DNA of 63,920 nt, the filler included, from Sphaeroforma arctica JP610 (lineage: Eukaryota): the NCBI RefSeq assembly GCF_001186125.1. It is 6 parts of 3 records of this genome, joined end to end, with 100 filler letters (N's around TTAATTAATTAA, not from the genome) between each part and the next. Parts side by side here need not be neighbours in the genome. Positions count along the whole stretch, not along the records: positions 39,259 to 57,216 come from NW_014040553.1; 5 more parts are not named here. The stretch is one strand, 5' to 3'. The stretch's first letter is position 1. Each line of letters starts with the position of its first letter. The notes below the pieces were generated by a model. The model was not told where the DNA came from. It saw nothing but the letters and a program-made list of their open reading frames with translations, and did not search any database. Positions 40,521 through 55,070 of the stretch are shown here, in pieces. A program made the position numbers and the translations under genes.

Positions 40521-42984
40521 AATATTCCATGCTAGCTATTTAAATTCTGGTGTTCACTATAACTTTAGTAAATAGATAGTAATCAAATTTAATCGTTGAT
40601 ATAATTCTTTTGACGGGTCTCCTCTATACATGAACAACTTCTGTTGTGCAAAGCATGCGCGCAAGGCAAGTTCACGAGAGCAATAATAAACTCAGCTTAG
40701 TTCCGAACCAAGGACGAATATAAGTCTGTTTGTTTACGAATCCTTGTTTCAACTCTCTTTCTAAAACGCTATTTCTGAACCGTAACCTATAACTTTTTCA
40801 AAGTATCGATGATGTTAAAGACAAACATTGAAATTTGGGGTTCAAGCAGAAGTCTGTTCCTTCAAATTCGTGATTACCGTCTTCACCCCAACATCGCTTG
40901 TTACTCTGAACAAGATAATCATCAAGAGTGGAACATCCGATCTTTAAGGTGTTGGCTCAGGTGATGTCCCTACCAAACCATCAAATAGAGATTAAATAGC
41001 TTGTCACAAGAACTAATCTGTGCCTGGTTCAGCAATGGAATTCAACATGATTGTTTCCTCAAGTTATAGCGCGGACGAGTTCGTCCTGGTGCAAGCGCAC
41101 GGCTACTATATCACCAGAAATGTGTCTTAAAGGACAAGTATACGCGGTCGAGGTAAGAAAGATGTATTAAATATCAATTCGATATAAGACATGAAAGAGA
41201 AGAGTTTTGACGTCAATCATAGCGACATCGTGCTCCAGGACTCTGAGTATCATATCATTATAGGTTCTCTCATGTTTTACGACACTACCAAAAAGTTCAT
41301 TGAATAGATGCTTGAACCAGCCAACGAAAGCAAGAGAGACCGCAGCTAGGATACGATCAGAATACGAATGTATAAGTTTCGTGGAGTCCTGTCGTAATGT
41401 TTAGCACCCGTTCAGATGAGCTGTACAGTCAAGCATCAACCAACTGGTGGTCGTTAATTGGACAATCAAAATGTCAAGAAGATGATAAAGGAATTGCCTG
41501 TCAAACCCTCTGTCGATATCAGCTGATGCTCTCTCACTAACCCGTCTTTGTGTTGACTAAAGGAGCACTGCTACGAGTGGCTTTTAAGAAACATACAAAT
41601 CAAATAATGAAAAAACTTTACATTCAATTGCCACTGTATATAGCTTATGATGGAAATGATAATATAATGAAACGTAAATGGCTAAATCGTTCGTCCATGA
41701 GCGATTGTTAGAGACCATAAGATACTGGACTGTGAGGATTCCAAATTAATTGACTCAGCCTTGGCTGAGCGAGTTGTGATTTCTCCAATCGATGTGGGCT
41801 ATATAGTGTTTACTGTTTGTATAGATGTTCATTTCGTAAGATGCATGACGTACGTAACAAACTTACGTGTAATACGGTTTAACGCACATATCGATAACGT
41901 AAAACTAAAACCAATTGATTCCATACAATTCACTGACATTGCTATCTGAATTGTTTTTGGTCTTGCCGCACTCAGTATCGATCCAGCAACTAACATCACT
42001 AGTCAGCCTGCACCAATATTGCCGGCGGTGCCGACTCCACCTCGTCCGCTACTCTCTGCACATCCTGTTGTACCACGTGAAGTTGTTGATCAATACAATC
42101 TGTACTTGCTCTGCCTGTTTTAACTCATACAGCTTCTTCCATTGTTGCTGCCGAATCTATCAAACACACCAGTTAATATCGTTTCCAAAGGAAAATAAAA
42201 CACAAGAATATCCAAGGCCTACTATCATCCATTCCTTTAATCTCAAAGCTAGATGCTCTCGTAGCAGGAAATGTCGGAAAATTCCAGAGCAAATCGATGG
42301 AGGACCTTCTGCTTGCTCACACAATATCGCTCTTTAAAACCTGCTTCACATATAAAGTGCAATGTGAGAGGCTGAATGCCTACATATAAGACAGCACTCA
42401 ATGACTACGTGTTAAACGTGGAATATCGAAACCCGCGAGCTCGATCATTTATCCCAAACCAACCACCTATTGGCTTGTTTTTTTATTAATTTATCAAGAA
42501 TCCACTGATGCCATATTACCTCCTTCAACATTACCCGCCCCCTCAACATGCACTCAACCCATCACAATGTTCCTCCGTATCCCAGTACCTTGCAGCAAAA
42601 ATCTTTCTCCCCACCTTTGCTAATATGTACCCAAACCGTTCAAATCTCTCTTGTTCATGAATGGGCTCCAACCCGGGAATATATGCACACAACATCCTGT
42701 GTCATCAGTTCCGATACTACCTACTCCTATATCCGGCAGTGACTACGGCACCTATCACTGTTGAATTGAACACCTGTCTATACATATTTATACGCGCATA
42801 AAGCAGAGTCTCCAATGCCAGTCACGCCTCCTGGACCGTTATCTGCTATCAACCTGCACACCATGCCGCGACACACATCGATTACAACACACACGCCAGT
42901 CACAACACCCAACTATCTCACTGCATTTTGTCCAGCTACTTCGTTAAGCATCAGCCCCAGACTTCGCGGCTTCAGAGACAGAAA

Positions 42985-43340
42985 AATATGCATTAAGTAT
43001 TCGGCCTCTGTTGTGCTGGTAGCTACAGTCTTTTGATCCAGAGAATTACAAATGGCTGAAACGTTGTTAACGTGGACAATGCTATGTGCATAGGGATAGT
43101 TATTGTCGTCGGTGTGAGCGATTGCGTTGATTCTTGGTGGGCCTGGCCCCTATTTGTAGGTGAGATCCAATCGAAGGGGGGGGGGTCGCCTTACGATGTT
43201 GGGCACGCGTTTGGCAGCGATCCAATGTTGCACTTATGGATTTTATCCCATATTATGAGCCAGTCTGCTTTTGTACGTGATAGCATAACACATGTTAAGA
43301 CTGAGGCTACTCCTATACAAATGTATGTGGAGTAACGTTG
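42985..43340 (-). mobile_element. Decayed copia RT/RNase H fragment
   Basis: Minus-strand QHWIAAKRV and QKTVATSTTEAEY motifs. Confidence 0.7.
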
Positions 43341-43999
43341 TTGGCGTGTACAATAGTATGTCTATGTAGATCGTTGAGGTGGTACATATTAGTCAATCAA
43401 GGCTTCAAAGATACATATCTCTTGTACAAAACTTAGAACACAACGTAATGTTAGTTATCCCGGTTGGCCACAAACACGCAGGGATCGAATCCAGATTGGG
43501 AGAATCTAATTGCCAAAATGCCAAAAGCGACCTGATTGCTCGAGCACAAATAAGCATTTGAAATAAAACCATCTGGCTGACCAACGGCGGCGGAACCTGG
43601 TAGGGGTATTTTATTCATGTATCCTACAGGTTCGTCCAGGTCTACAATCGAGGTCTACAAATCTAATCGCAACGTATTGTTTGAGCAGGTAGGTAGGCAC
43701 ATACATTTTGTCTTTGACTGAACTCACGCGCATATAGTCGTGCCTTGTATTCATCATCCACTAAGCCAATCAATAACCTTTGTGTTACAGACATCGAACG
43801 CGTCATCAGGTAGAAATTCTGAAGGCTGTCTAGTTTGCATTGAATATCAACTTACCAAAACTAGCATTCTCTCCGGACAGAGCCTGTCGAAGAGTGTGTG
43901 GTTACAATGGATAATTTAGATAATTGCGCATGCACTGCACAGTTTTATTTATAGAGTTACTGTTGATTGGGTGGTAGAACGACAATGACTTAATTTTTA

Positions 44000-46950
44000 T
44001 CGCAAGACAATCAGATTCGCACGGTTGGAAGTACGAGATACGAGTGGGGTCAGTGACCTGGTTCGGTACTGTGGCGGCCGCTTGGCGTTGCGTGTAGCAA
44101 ACATGAAGTAGGGCTTGTGCATATTTGGCTCTAAGCTCTTGTTCACGTGGGTATGTAATGGGGGCTGATCGAAAGGACTAGCAGTATTGTCATACCCTAT
44201 GTCTTCCCCTAAAACCCTAAACACTAAAACCCAAGTGACGCGGCCGGAATAATAGGGAATGTTTTGCAGTGAAAACAGGAGGCCCTCTGAGTACGAAACG
44301 AAGGGGATTGAAGTTGGATTGGAAGTTGACTCAGGGTGTTTCCTTTAATTGTGTTTGATAGACTCTCTCGTGTATGTGATACGTGACTCCCCTGGAGACG
44401 AGGTAGAAGGAGTGGTAAATAGTGCACCTTGGACTGGGTCGTTTTAGGCTAGGTAGAGTCGGTCATTTGTTAAGCAAGGCTATGTATCGTGCGGACACCT
44501 GTGGGCAGTGGTGATATACTCAAGGGATCACTATAGTTGCGGTCTTCGAGAAATGAACCACATCGAGCACGTGAAGTGGGGTATTTGTTGATATGAGACG
44601 CAAGAGTGTCGTTATGCAAACTCTCAATGCCTGCAGACACTGTCTAGAGACGTATTTGTGGTATTGGAAGAGGAAGTAGAGACTGCGGAGTTAGATATTG
44701 GAAGCGTGTGGGTGTCGCGGTTGTCTGAGCTTCTGGGGTATCCTGTATAATAGTTGCGCTTGGTGGGCGTCATGGTTGGTCGTAGGTATTCTCTGTGTCG
44801 GTTTGCGACGACGATAATTTTGGCACTGGGTGTTGCCTACCAACTTTCAAATTGAGAAGATATGCTAGTTGAATTGGATATCCCGAAATAGATACGTGTA
44901 CCCACAGCCTTTGCACTGAGGTATCCTACATTCATCGTCATATTTCGATTGGCGATCGTGCCTTAAGTACACCACCAGAGCTTCGCGGTCGTCGAGTTTC
45001 CCCTGTTAGTCTTATCAAATAAATGCCACCCGACAATCATATACATACATAAAGCACTTATGAGCTCCAGTACTAAACCCCAGAAACCCTCCAGAACGAT
45101 TTGTTGTCTGAACTGCGTTTATTCTTTATTCTATTGTACAACAACCTCGGTAAAAGTGACTAAATGTGATGCATCAGCCTACATATATTTGGACTGCTTT
45201 GTGTTATTAGGCATGCATCTTGATACTACCTTTTGTGCGCTCTACGAGGTCGTGCAGTGCTGGGAAAACGTGAGACCTTGATGCGTTGCTGAGTTTTGAT
45301 AGCAGTAGATACCGGAAGCATAGCATATTGCTCGTTACCAAGGCGAGCGATGCAAATATATTTCTACCGTGGTGTACCAACAAAATCAGATCCGTTGCAG
45401 ATGAAGGTTACGGGCGTAGTCTGTATGGGTACTCTACATGAGAGTCCAACTAAATCAAAATTTGCTGGAAGTGCTTGTTGTTAAGAGCCGAAAGAAAGAC
45501 TACGGCTTCGAGTCCATTCTTCGCTAGTGTTGAGCTTCAGTGTTTGTCAATGTAGGGAATATTTCCATAGAGATATAGCCGATGATCAAACAATGATTGT
45601 GCAAATGCATCCTGGATAGGTGCTTTTTTCTCGAGACTACAGTAGACTGGCCAGCAGTATCGACCAGGAGAGATGATCAACATCAACTGGCCAACAGACA
45701 TCGATAGCGCGGACTCAGAATAGTGTAAGATCAATCTGCCAATTAGAATATTTAGGGCGCCGAGTGTTACAAATGCGTCAATGTTGTTTTGTTTTATGTT
45801 GACGTAGCCATATAGTGATGAGGATGAACCATGCTTTGTCATGCCATTGTGTAATTGTCTGTGTTGCAAATTGACTGCCCCTAGTCTGCGATGAAGAATA
45901 GTAGTATCTTTTTGAAATGTAGCATTCTGCGGGTTTGTATAGTTTGGTTTACTGAGAAAGAGTTTTAGTTAAACTCTAAAACCCTAAAACTCTAAATCCT
46001 AACCCTAAACCCTATGATTTGTGAGTTGTCTGAAATCTAACTCCGAAACGACCGTGTTCTATGTTTGTGACCCCATCTTTCGTCTTGCGTATGTGAATTA
46101 TGGCGCCCGAGTTCACGAGTGAGTGTGAGATACACTGTAGTGTTGCGGATCCATCTACATTGTAACTAGTGTACTCTGTATTGAGCCGTTGTATGCGGGG
46201 TATCGCCTTTTATTTGGATTATCACGTAGAGGGGCGGGATGCAGTGCTCCCGCTGGCGACCCCGCTGATTTAATTTGGAGACAGGCGGCATCGCATCATT
46301 ATGGCTGATGCGATTACATTTATCAAATTTTTGCGCCTTGCGTTCGTCGATGTACATGTTGTCTATGTGCTTTTCTGAGCCGCACCTACGGCAAAGGTAG
46401 TTCAGGTATGAGAAATTGCTATAACCCACAATTTTACAGATGCGAAATGTGCGTACTTTTGATGTCTCAGTTGCGGTGACATCGTTCACTGCCTTGAGGC
46501 CGGTAATCGACTCGGGAGAATTCAAGCTGATTCCGCTTGCGTATGTGAGAGTTTTGGCATTAACTTCGTCAATAGATAGTGTCGAGATCCTTATTATCGA
46601 ATATGTTTTTGTTGTTATCGTTGAGGCTGTACATTGAAGCATAATATAAGTACTTATCTCTCCCCTACACGGCGAGGCCTGGCTGAGCAGATGAGATTTC
46701 GTAACGTACAGTAAGCATCTTTGGTTGGACGTGGCAAGTTTGCGAGCTTGTCAAGTGCGGCCTTTAGTTGGGCGTGAGCAGCGTCCAGTTTCTCCTGAAG
46801 TGCGGTGATGCGGTCCTTACTAAAACCAGGATCGTGCGTTTGGAGTTTCCCCCGCAGAGAGGTCAAGCGGACAGTTGTGACGTTCAGTTCACGATCGATG
46901 GCCTGTTTGGCATCCTTCAGATAATTGAGATCAAACTCGAGGTCGATAGC
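44000..46950 (-). mobile_element. Decayed copia element (gag-protease-integrase part), related to the 32-39 kb element
   Basis: Gag coiled coil DRITALQEKLDAA (compare DQITKLRAELQAA), knuckle remnant CRRCGSEKH, protease LVNSGA, LHRRLG, integrase PALHDLVER and QGKLDDR. Confidence 0.75.
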
Positions 46951-47119
46951 ATGTTAGATGCATAATAAGTGTATTTATTATCCCGCTACTGAGGGATAAT
47001 GTACATATTTACAACTTGTGGTATCACTGTATGTATTGTAGATTGATTCTCTACTGGTATGAGACCTGTCAAGGTGTCGTTGTCGGTTCATATTTGGTGT
47101 CATAGTAAATTTTGAGGTG

Positions 47120-48262
47120 CCGAACAGAAGATGCTATGTGATTGTACAGTATCAAATACGGTTCTTCGTCTCAATCGAGGCCTTCATTCAGAAAGGCAGA
47201 CGGCTTATGCAATTATGAGATTGCTGGGACTTCGTGGTGTATATTTTCAACAGTCTGTAGCCGACGAAAGTATCTGGTGCCACACAACACGAGACATGAC
47301 TACCCTTCGTTACGTGGACGAGGTCCTACCAGCAGTCATCCCTGGCTCCTCCGACGCTGACTGGCTTTCCATCACACTGTCCTCTCACTCCCTGGTGAGT
47401 AACCTCGGCCCCGCTGAAAACGGTGTTCGATTTCGGGCAATACAAGCGGCTACCAGCGAGGTTTCTATTTTTGGGAAGCATACACCAACCGTATGGGTAC
47501 CGCCTTTGGTATTCATCTAAAACCCCCCAAGCACACTCCCAGCTCCAACACCCACCATGGCGCATTCACAGGTCCTGAATTCATAGCCAGGTACCGAGTC
47601 TACTTGGAGTCCTTGGATTTACAGTTTGTATACAGCCAACATGACCGGTGTTGATATCGAAATGTACTCTGAACCATCTAACTGCGTTCAGCCAAGCATA
47701 TATCTAGCAACACTCCGATGCGCTCATACGCGTGTTAATCTATACCTCGCAGGTGCATTTTACTTCGCCCTCACATACCGACCCGCGCGGCTCCTGATCA
47801 GACTGTGAATTCAGCCCGACTTTCTTATAGCGACTCGAACTGTGCATCACCTACTCACTAGAGAATTCCCACCGGCACTCTTGTTTCCTTCAATTTTACT
47901 TGAAAACCCTAAACCCTAAAAAGACTGTATCTTATCAGCTGAATATAGTACAGGATCAGAAACTACCCGCTCATTGAAATGTTATACATGCCCTCGGCTA
48001 CGCTCTAACCCTTTCTACTAGACTACATATAGATCGTCACCAAGTTCGCAATGAGTACCGGCACTCTTTAGGGCTGAAAATATATCCACATCTGCAGTCA
48101 CTACATTCGTGGCTGATCTCAAGTACATATCCACTGATGATTACCCCACAGATATCCTAATGAAGTCGCGCAACCATCCAAAACAGACTCAGTTCTGTGA
48201 TTTCCAAACATATCAATCATCACTGATTTATACTCGAACAAATAGTTAAAATTCAAGGGGGG
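47120..48262 (+). mobile_element. Decayed copia RT/RNase H 3' fragment ending in a PPT-like tract
   Basis: GVYFQQSVADESIW, LRYVDEVL, YTANMT..DI, KYIHICSHYIR, then caagggggg. Confidence 0.65.
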
Positions 48263-51079
48263 TCTTGGGAGAAAGCCCTGGTTTTCCTTCTTTAGCTGTA
48301 GAATTCAACTCCCGGTTTTCTCTACCTTCTCGTTTCTGGTTTGAACCAGCATCATAGTCTCCGAATCATTTCTAGCCCTAGAACAGTATTATAAATCACT
48401 AATTAGATTTACAATAAAAGGTCTCAAACGATCGAACAACGAGATTTAAGGTAACAAGGATCATGAATCGAAAACCAGAAGGGGTACCAAAGGTAAGCCA
48501 GAGATCTAAAACTCTAAACCCATGCACATCGAGATTGTCTGTTTACCTAGAATCAATCTTGGTTGAGAAGCTATATGCTCAGAAGGCAGATGATAACTTC
48601 GAGATCAGAGTTTTTTTACCAACTAAGAAACGACATTCATACTCAACAACCGCAATGACTCGTGGCAATGGTTCACAGATGGCTGAAGGTGTTGTATAAT
48701 AGGCGCTGTTTGACTATGACAAGAATACCACATCAAGTGCACTGCGACCATTGGCTTTATTGATAAGTTAGCAAATCGCGCACAAGAAATAAGCTACAGA
48801 ACTGTGGGAATTCTCGAAGTTACCAACAGATAAGATCGTTGATTTGTACTTGTCAGGGTGCAAACCCCTGGCCAGATACTTATTTCTAGAGAAGGGTGTA
48901 CCACTAGAACAGCACTTGTCACCAATACACGAGCTGTTCAAGGAAACAGATATTATTGAGGTAGCAAAAGACGCCATCACAAAGCGATGTGCTTCACCAG
49001 ACTGGCTCACGGAATGCACTTGCGTGGAGATACATATACTTTTCACCGGCATTCTGCGTCGCACTCCAGTTATATATATTCTATGAAGAGGTGGTTTGCA
49101 GACCTGCATGATAGAATATTGAATGTGCGGGTGCAATCAGAGTTTATGTAGCATCATAAATAAACTTGGCAAGCTCTACAAGCACACCGACCGAGTGAAC
49201 CCAAATTCTTTCCAGATACTCAAAAATCTCACGTCACCAAGCGCTCGTGTACTACGAACAGCAAGCTGGGATAGACAAGAGAATTGAACATAAACCAAAA
49301 CTATAATGTAGCAGTGCAAACCATTCTGGCATAGTGAAGGCATTCTATGATTGCATGGAAGTGAAATGAGGGCCGCCGCGTAGATCGGATGAGAGTAAAC
49401 AGTGCCAAGCGCCTTTGATTTTCGAATCCTAATACTAAAGAGCCCCCACGCAGTCGCCCAAGAACTGACTCAGGAGGGGGTTCGGAACATATAGGGAGAA
49501 GTGGCTCACTCAGAAATTGTGGCCGACCAACAGAATCTAAGGGCACCGCTATTACATCACGGCCAACTATGTGTCCACCGTGTCCGTGCCCAGACTGTAT
49601 AGAGAAGATTTCCACGCATGCGTTTAGCAAAGACCCTAAAAAGGAAGAAAGAAATCGGATGAAAGCTTTGGAATGTAAACTTGCGGTACAAAACAATCAA
49701 GAGAATACCAAATGTGAGGTAATTAGCCATCACCAACGGTAGCAAAGTCGAGGAGATAGGTCGATAACTTGAAAGCAATGGTCGACGGAATCTATCAGGA
49801 TCAATATGGTAGACGTAGCAAATGTGAATGCAGAAGTTGAACCGTTGATTAAATAAAATCAAATGACATACTTACACGCCGCTTTGTTTGTTTCCGAACT
49901 CGCGAGATCAACGAATACACATAGATATACAAATCAATGACAATACCTAACGTGTATTGATATATTCAGGAGCACAACGCTCATGAACAGATCACAGTGT
50001 TATAGCTAACTTATTCTTAAATAGCTAACTTATCCCTACTAGTCAAAGCGAGTTATATACAACTTGCATAGACAGATGCTCGCGCATATGGGGCATTAAA
50101 CAAGGCGGAAGAAAAACAGCTAATCGTTTTGAGGCACTCGACCTCCCTGACAGGAATGTATCAATCTTGTGCATATGAATGTAAAAACGAAAGGGGTACT
50201 TCACAACCTAGAATGATCCTAATTTTATATCAAACTAGATTTAACTGAGAAAAAAAATTCACCGGTTCAAAAGGCGTAAGGAGCAGACACACCTTCCCAT
50301 TTTCATGGAGAACGGTCTCAGTACTTGCTAAAAGGCATCATTTGCCTCACAGCTACTGACAACACAATTTCAACGAGTTATGCCAAGCTTGCTCATATAT
50401 ATGGAAGTGGTACAAGGGTATGTACATAACATGTCCATAGCGAGTCTCGCGGAGGAAGAGTACCACAGTATTGTACGGGAAAATTCCGGTTAAACAACTT
50501 GAAGTGCGCTTTCCCAATCAAGACAGTCAACATTCTGAGGTTGAGAGTCCCTACCTAAGGACTCAAAACAGGTTCTGGAAAACAGAAATATACGGTAAAA
50601 CATATATATATAAACAAGCATATACATATACATATATTTATAAATGTGTATATTTATGTATATATTTATATATNNNNNNNNNNNNNNNNNNNNTATTTAT
50701 TATATATATATAAATATATATATGTATATATATATATATATATACTATACATCATATATATATATATATATATGAATATATATAAATATATACATATATA
50801 TATATATATACCTTCATCAACGTCATCTGACACGTATGTCTATTCGGTTTCTGTAAAATATTTAATCGATGATAATAAGGGAAGGAATTGGGATTCTTTG
50901 TAAATGATCGTGACTTTAACGAAAATCCGTTCACATGATAGATATATGACGCATTTCTACGTGTATAGAGAAACTGATGCCGCAATGGGAACAAGCGATT
51001 GATTCGGGAGTACATTAAAAGGGAGCTTCTCTACATGTAATTACCAAGCAATATGAAAAGGAGAAGGAAGTTTTCCTCT

Positions 51080-52850
51080 TTATGGCCTCGACTGGTTTTG
51101 CCGGTGTGTATGGTATTTCAGTGGCGCATCTAATTGGTATAGAACACTTTCGATATGTGTCTATCACAGAATATATCGATACAAAGTCTGACTGCGATAG
51201 TTTAATTTGCCCTGTCACCGCCCTGTCACATATATCAGTATGTCCGTCCCAGACGCTGATAACAATTCGACACGTATACAGACGGAAACCTCGCCAGTGG
51301 AATGTGACACGGAAACCAGTGAAAGTATGTTTTCAGACTGTATATCTCTGATAATTGAGCTAGTGTAAAGACTAAAATTGAATAGTGGAATGATTATATT
51401 CACATTCAAAACTTGTGCTTGCTGTCACAATATGTACAATACTTGGTACAGAGACAGGCTCCTCTTCTATCGGTGCAGGCAAGGAATACACATCCAGTCA
51501 AATGAGAATAACAGCTAGTAGCAACAACGACAATGGCTACACGTCAAGGTGTGTTTTGCATATTTGAGAAGGAATGTCGTTTCTCTGTAAGATGAAGCTC
51601 GGAGAAGGTTTTACTGATCCCCAATTTACCAACCTACAATTAGCAGTGAACTGCCAGGGGAATTAGAACATCGAATATATCAGGCCGAAATCCATTCATC
51701 GGGTGCACCAATGAGGGGGAAACTGGCTACAAACCGCAACGCACGCCTAGCAGCCAAACGAAGCAAGACGCTTGGCAAGTCTAGAGTGTTAATGACGTGC
51801 AAAAGCAGGTTGTATCTCTACATTGTTGAGAAAGAGAGCGCCGCCTTCTAAAATAAGCAGCGGGAACAGTGAACATGTAGAAAAGAAGCGAAAGGAGATA
51901 ATCAACGTAGATACCAATGTAGCGATATTTACTGTGGCAGAGTCAAAGTCATTTTATGTCGACGACTGGATCGCGAACCAAGGGAGTGGATCAAAGGATC
52001 GCTTATGTCCGGGGTATTTTACCATTTGTCGCAATTATCCTCTCAGGCTGTTCGTTTCTGTGATACTGATGCACTTAGAGTATGGATGAAAGACTTATAC
52101 AAGTATCATAGGACAGAAAGCTTACGACTTTAGGGACCACCACAGGTGTCCGAAAGGATCACTATAATAATCCCGTGGAATCATAGCAACGCACATTGAA
52201 ACTTGGCTATTGTTACATTGTACAAACCAAACGCTACAGTTACTATTTTGGATGGTATGTCAAATCCTGCTAGAGCTGACGAACAATTCAATTATATAGT
52301 ACGATGGATGTAATGTTACCTCGCAGATAATGATACATGCAGCCTTAAAGTAGGCGGTATAAACCAACATGACAGTTTTGGCTGTGGGGGTTTGCTTTGT
52401 GTCTATGCTAGAGTAGTATCAGAAAATCCACAACTTGTGCATGATTCGGAGGCATTGTCTTCGCACGATTATGTCATAAGTGTCCAACATGACAACAGAA
52501 TTAGAAAATGGATTTCCGAAACACTAATCTTGTATGCTCCTGCAAAAGAGCATCACAGACCACGTGAGTTGCGAATCAGACAGTGATATCAGCTTGAATG
52601 AAGCAGTGTATATCAGTACCAATCAATAAAAAACAACATACCCTCCCTCAACACATTTATTCATAAAAAATGGATGTAGCCGAAGGCTCTTTAATCTAAG
52701 TCAGTAAAAGTGTATGAGAAAAACTGTAATTGTCGCTAAATGTACATTTGTACATATTTGATCAGTGTTTCAGTGTAATTTTATCGAGAAAATGGGTGAA
52801 TGTACATTTAGTGATTTCCACATTTTCAATGTACATTTAGCTACTTTGTT
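51080..52850 (+). pseudogene. Decayed Mutator-like element remnant with a Ulp1/C48 cysteine-protease domain
   Basis: 52161-52410 reads IIIPWNHSNAH*NLAIV...TILDGM...NQHDSFGCGG (His, Asp, Gln, Cys catalytic pattern with two in-frame stops). Upstream are a weak MULE-like SDCD...RHV motif and a KTCAC SWIM-like remnant. Confidence 0.6.
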
Positions 52851-54744
52851 CTACTTTGTAAAAGGTTCACACTCTGCATGCACAATACGGAACGTGAACG
52901 AATAAAATACTTGCACTGGTTTACAGTCTCAACCACTTTTCTGATTCATAAACATAAACACTGCACTTTCGTAATAATTATTTTCCAATATTGTATCAAT
53001 AGCGTTAAGCACTGTTTCGTGGGTAGCAGATATCATTACCCGCCAATATATAACACGCCCCGTCCCAGGCACTCCCAAAGGAAGTGCCTAGAAGAGAGCT
53101 CCTGCCTCCACCATATCCCCCAGGGATTATCACGCCAACGCTGTCAAATCTGCTACTGTTCTCAAGCGAAAGCATTGTAAGTGCCCAATTCACTCTACCA
53201 CGTGCCACGTCAAATGCCACATTAACACCAAATATTGTTATTATGTCTGCAGGAACAAATCTATTTTACAATCAGTGGTCCAAAATCTGTTGTTAATATC
53301 TTCATAGCATATGCGCAATTCAAAAAGCAAATCAAGAACACGTATTCCTTGTGTTTCCACCATTATTTTAAGTTTAGTTTCTACACACTTCTGACATTCA
53401 ATTTCTAAGCTGGTAGTTTGTACAACTATAGTGTTTATTTTTATCAAAATTATATATATATATAGTGGTTGCGTGGCCCCGACATTCCAGTTGATGTCTG
53501 ACACACACTTAAGAATCTCCAACGATCCTCTTACCTTTAAAAGTTTTTGAGCGTCTTCTTTTTCACACCGATACTCCCCAAGAATTATTCATCTCGTGTT
53601 TCTACAGCCGCTACATAGTTTGGGAAAATATGGTTATAAATACTAATATTATTGCCACCTCACTTTTAGTCTCTGTACATCTTCCACCTTTTCGTCTACA
53701 GGATGAGAGTTCACCCCTGCCCCTTTTGACATCCATGCATAGATGGTTAGGTATACCCCTTTTATGATCTTGTGTCTGCCTGCATTGATACGTATATTGA
53801 TATACTCCCCTATATGCTACCCAAAGGGTATAACCCTAAACACCCCCTAAGAAGAGAGACACGGGTCCATATCACAAATACTCTCCTGAGTCAGCTGCCT
53901 CTGAGGGTGCCTTCTATTATTTCCTTCTAGTGATATTTTACCCTTCCCTTAAGTACATGGTCTCGATTAAGAAGCAAATGTCCTCTTGTCTAGAGTTGTC
54001 GAATCCTTGTTCTACTGATTAAGTTACCCACACTCTTCCAGTGTATTCACCCACACTCTACCCACGCTCTTCCAGTGTCTATAACATACCTTAAAACATT
54101 CTTAAACATTAACGGTGTGACCGAGACTCGCGAGTATCAGTAATTTATATCGGAAAACACATAACGACCTATCTAACAAAAAAGGAAGAAATGGTCTCTC
54201 TCTCTCTCTATTTAGGTAGATGACTAAAGAGAGGCACTAGGGCACCTCATGTGCTGATCCCCATATAGGCGTAATATGGTCCGAGAGGTCATACAAATAT
54301 CAGTATGGCCCGAAAGGCCATACAAATGCCAACTTGAGTAATTTGATTCGTTCGACTTCTTCTGGAAAAGACTCGGAGTAAACGTTCACATTCCATATTT
54401 CCCTGCATGTATTTGCAATCATAAATATGAAAATTGTAGCCATATATGTACATATGTCCTATATACACAAATGAATACACAAGTGCGTGCGTCGCATTCA
54501 AATAAGTATACAAAAACAAATACGGTTCGGTAGTTTATATGGTCCAATTTTGTCAACTATAGACGGTATCTAATCAAGTGCAGATTTATTAACTGATTAG
54601 TCTGATTTGTCCCAAAAGAAAGTAATAACTTTTACGACGCAAAAAAAGTATACTTACTTTTATTCAGGGGCAGTGTATTCTAAAGTGAATTCGATGATCC
54701 AAAACAAGAAGTTCACTTATGAAGTATGTGCTGTCTTCAACATC

Positions 54745-55070
54745 ATAGAGCAGACCACGCGAGTTACGCGTCAGACAGCGAGATACGTTTGAATGAAGTA
54801 ACACTTATCAATACCAACCCTCCCCCCCCTTACCCCCCCCCACCAACACATTTATTCGTAAATTATGCATATAGCTGAAGGCTGTTTAATCCAAATTTGA
54901 AGTAGATTTTGCACGAAAAAGTCAGTAAATGTATATTTAAAAAAAGTGTAGTTGTCGCTAAATGTACATCTGTACATATTTGATCAATATTTTAATACGT
55001 CTCCATCGGAACAATGAGTAAATGTATATTTGAACCTTCCACATTTTCAATGTACAATTAAAGACTTTGT
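54745..55070 (+). repeat. Second copy of the 3' end of the Ulp1-bearing element (first copy ~52550-52850)
   Basis: Shared cagaccacg.gagtt.cg..tcagacag, aacacatttattc, gaaggct.tttaatc, ttgtcgctaaatgtacat.tgtacatatttgatca and ttccacattttcaatgtaca. Confidence 0.8.

Noticed and set aside
40950..41100. QQWNST as a hAT transposase RWNS motif
   Set aside because: A single short motif with no other hAT signature or terminal repeats visible.
52194..52315. In-frame TGA/TAA in the Ulp1 domain as evidence of an alternative genetic code
   Set aside because: Host genes in the window use TGA, TAA and TAG as normal stops and TGG for Trp, so these are pseudogene mutations.
53005..53220. ORF with VARG...FDSVGVIIPGGYG resembling DJ-1/ElbB or glutamine amidotransferase motifs
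   Set aside because: Short and isolated, with no downstream catalytic motif or supporting exons. It could be chance; a translated search would settle it.
54670..54710. KVNSMI peptide resembling the MAD2 C-terminus
   Set aside because: Wrong strand for MAD2, next to a TE-end repeat, and no further similarity.
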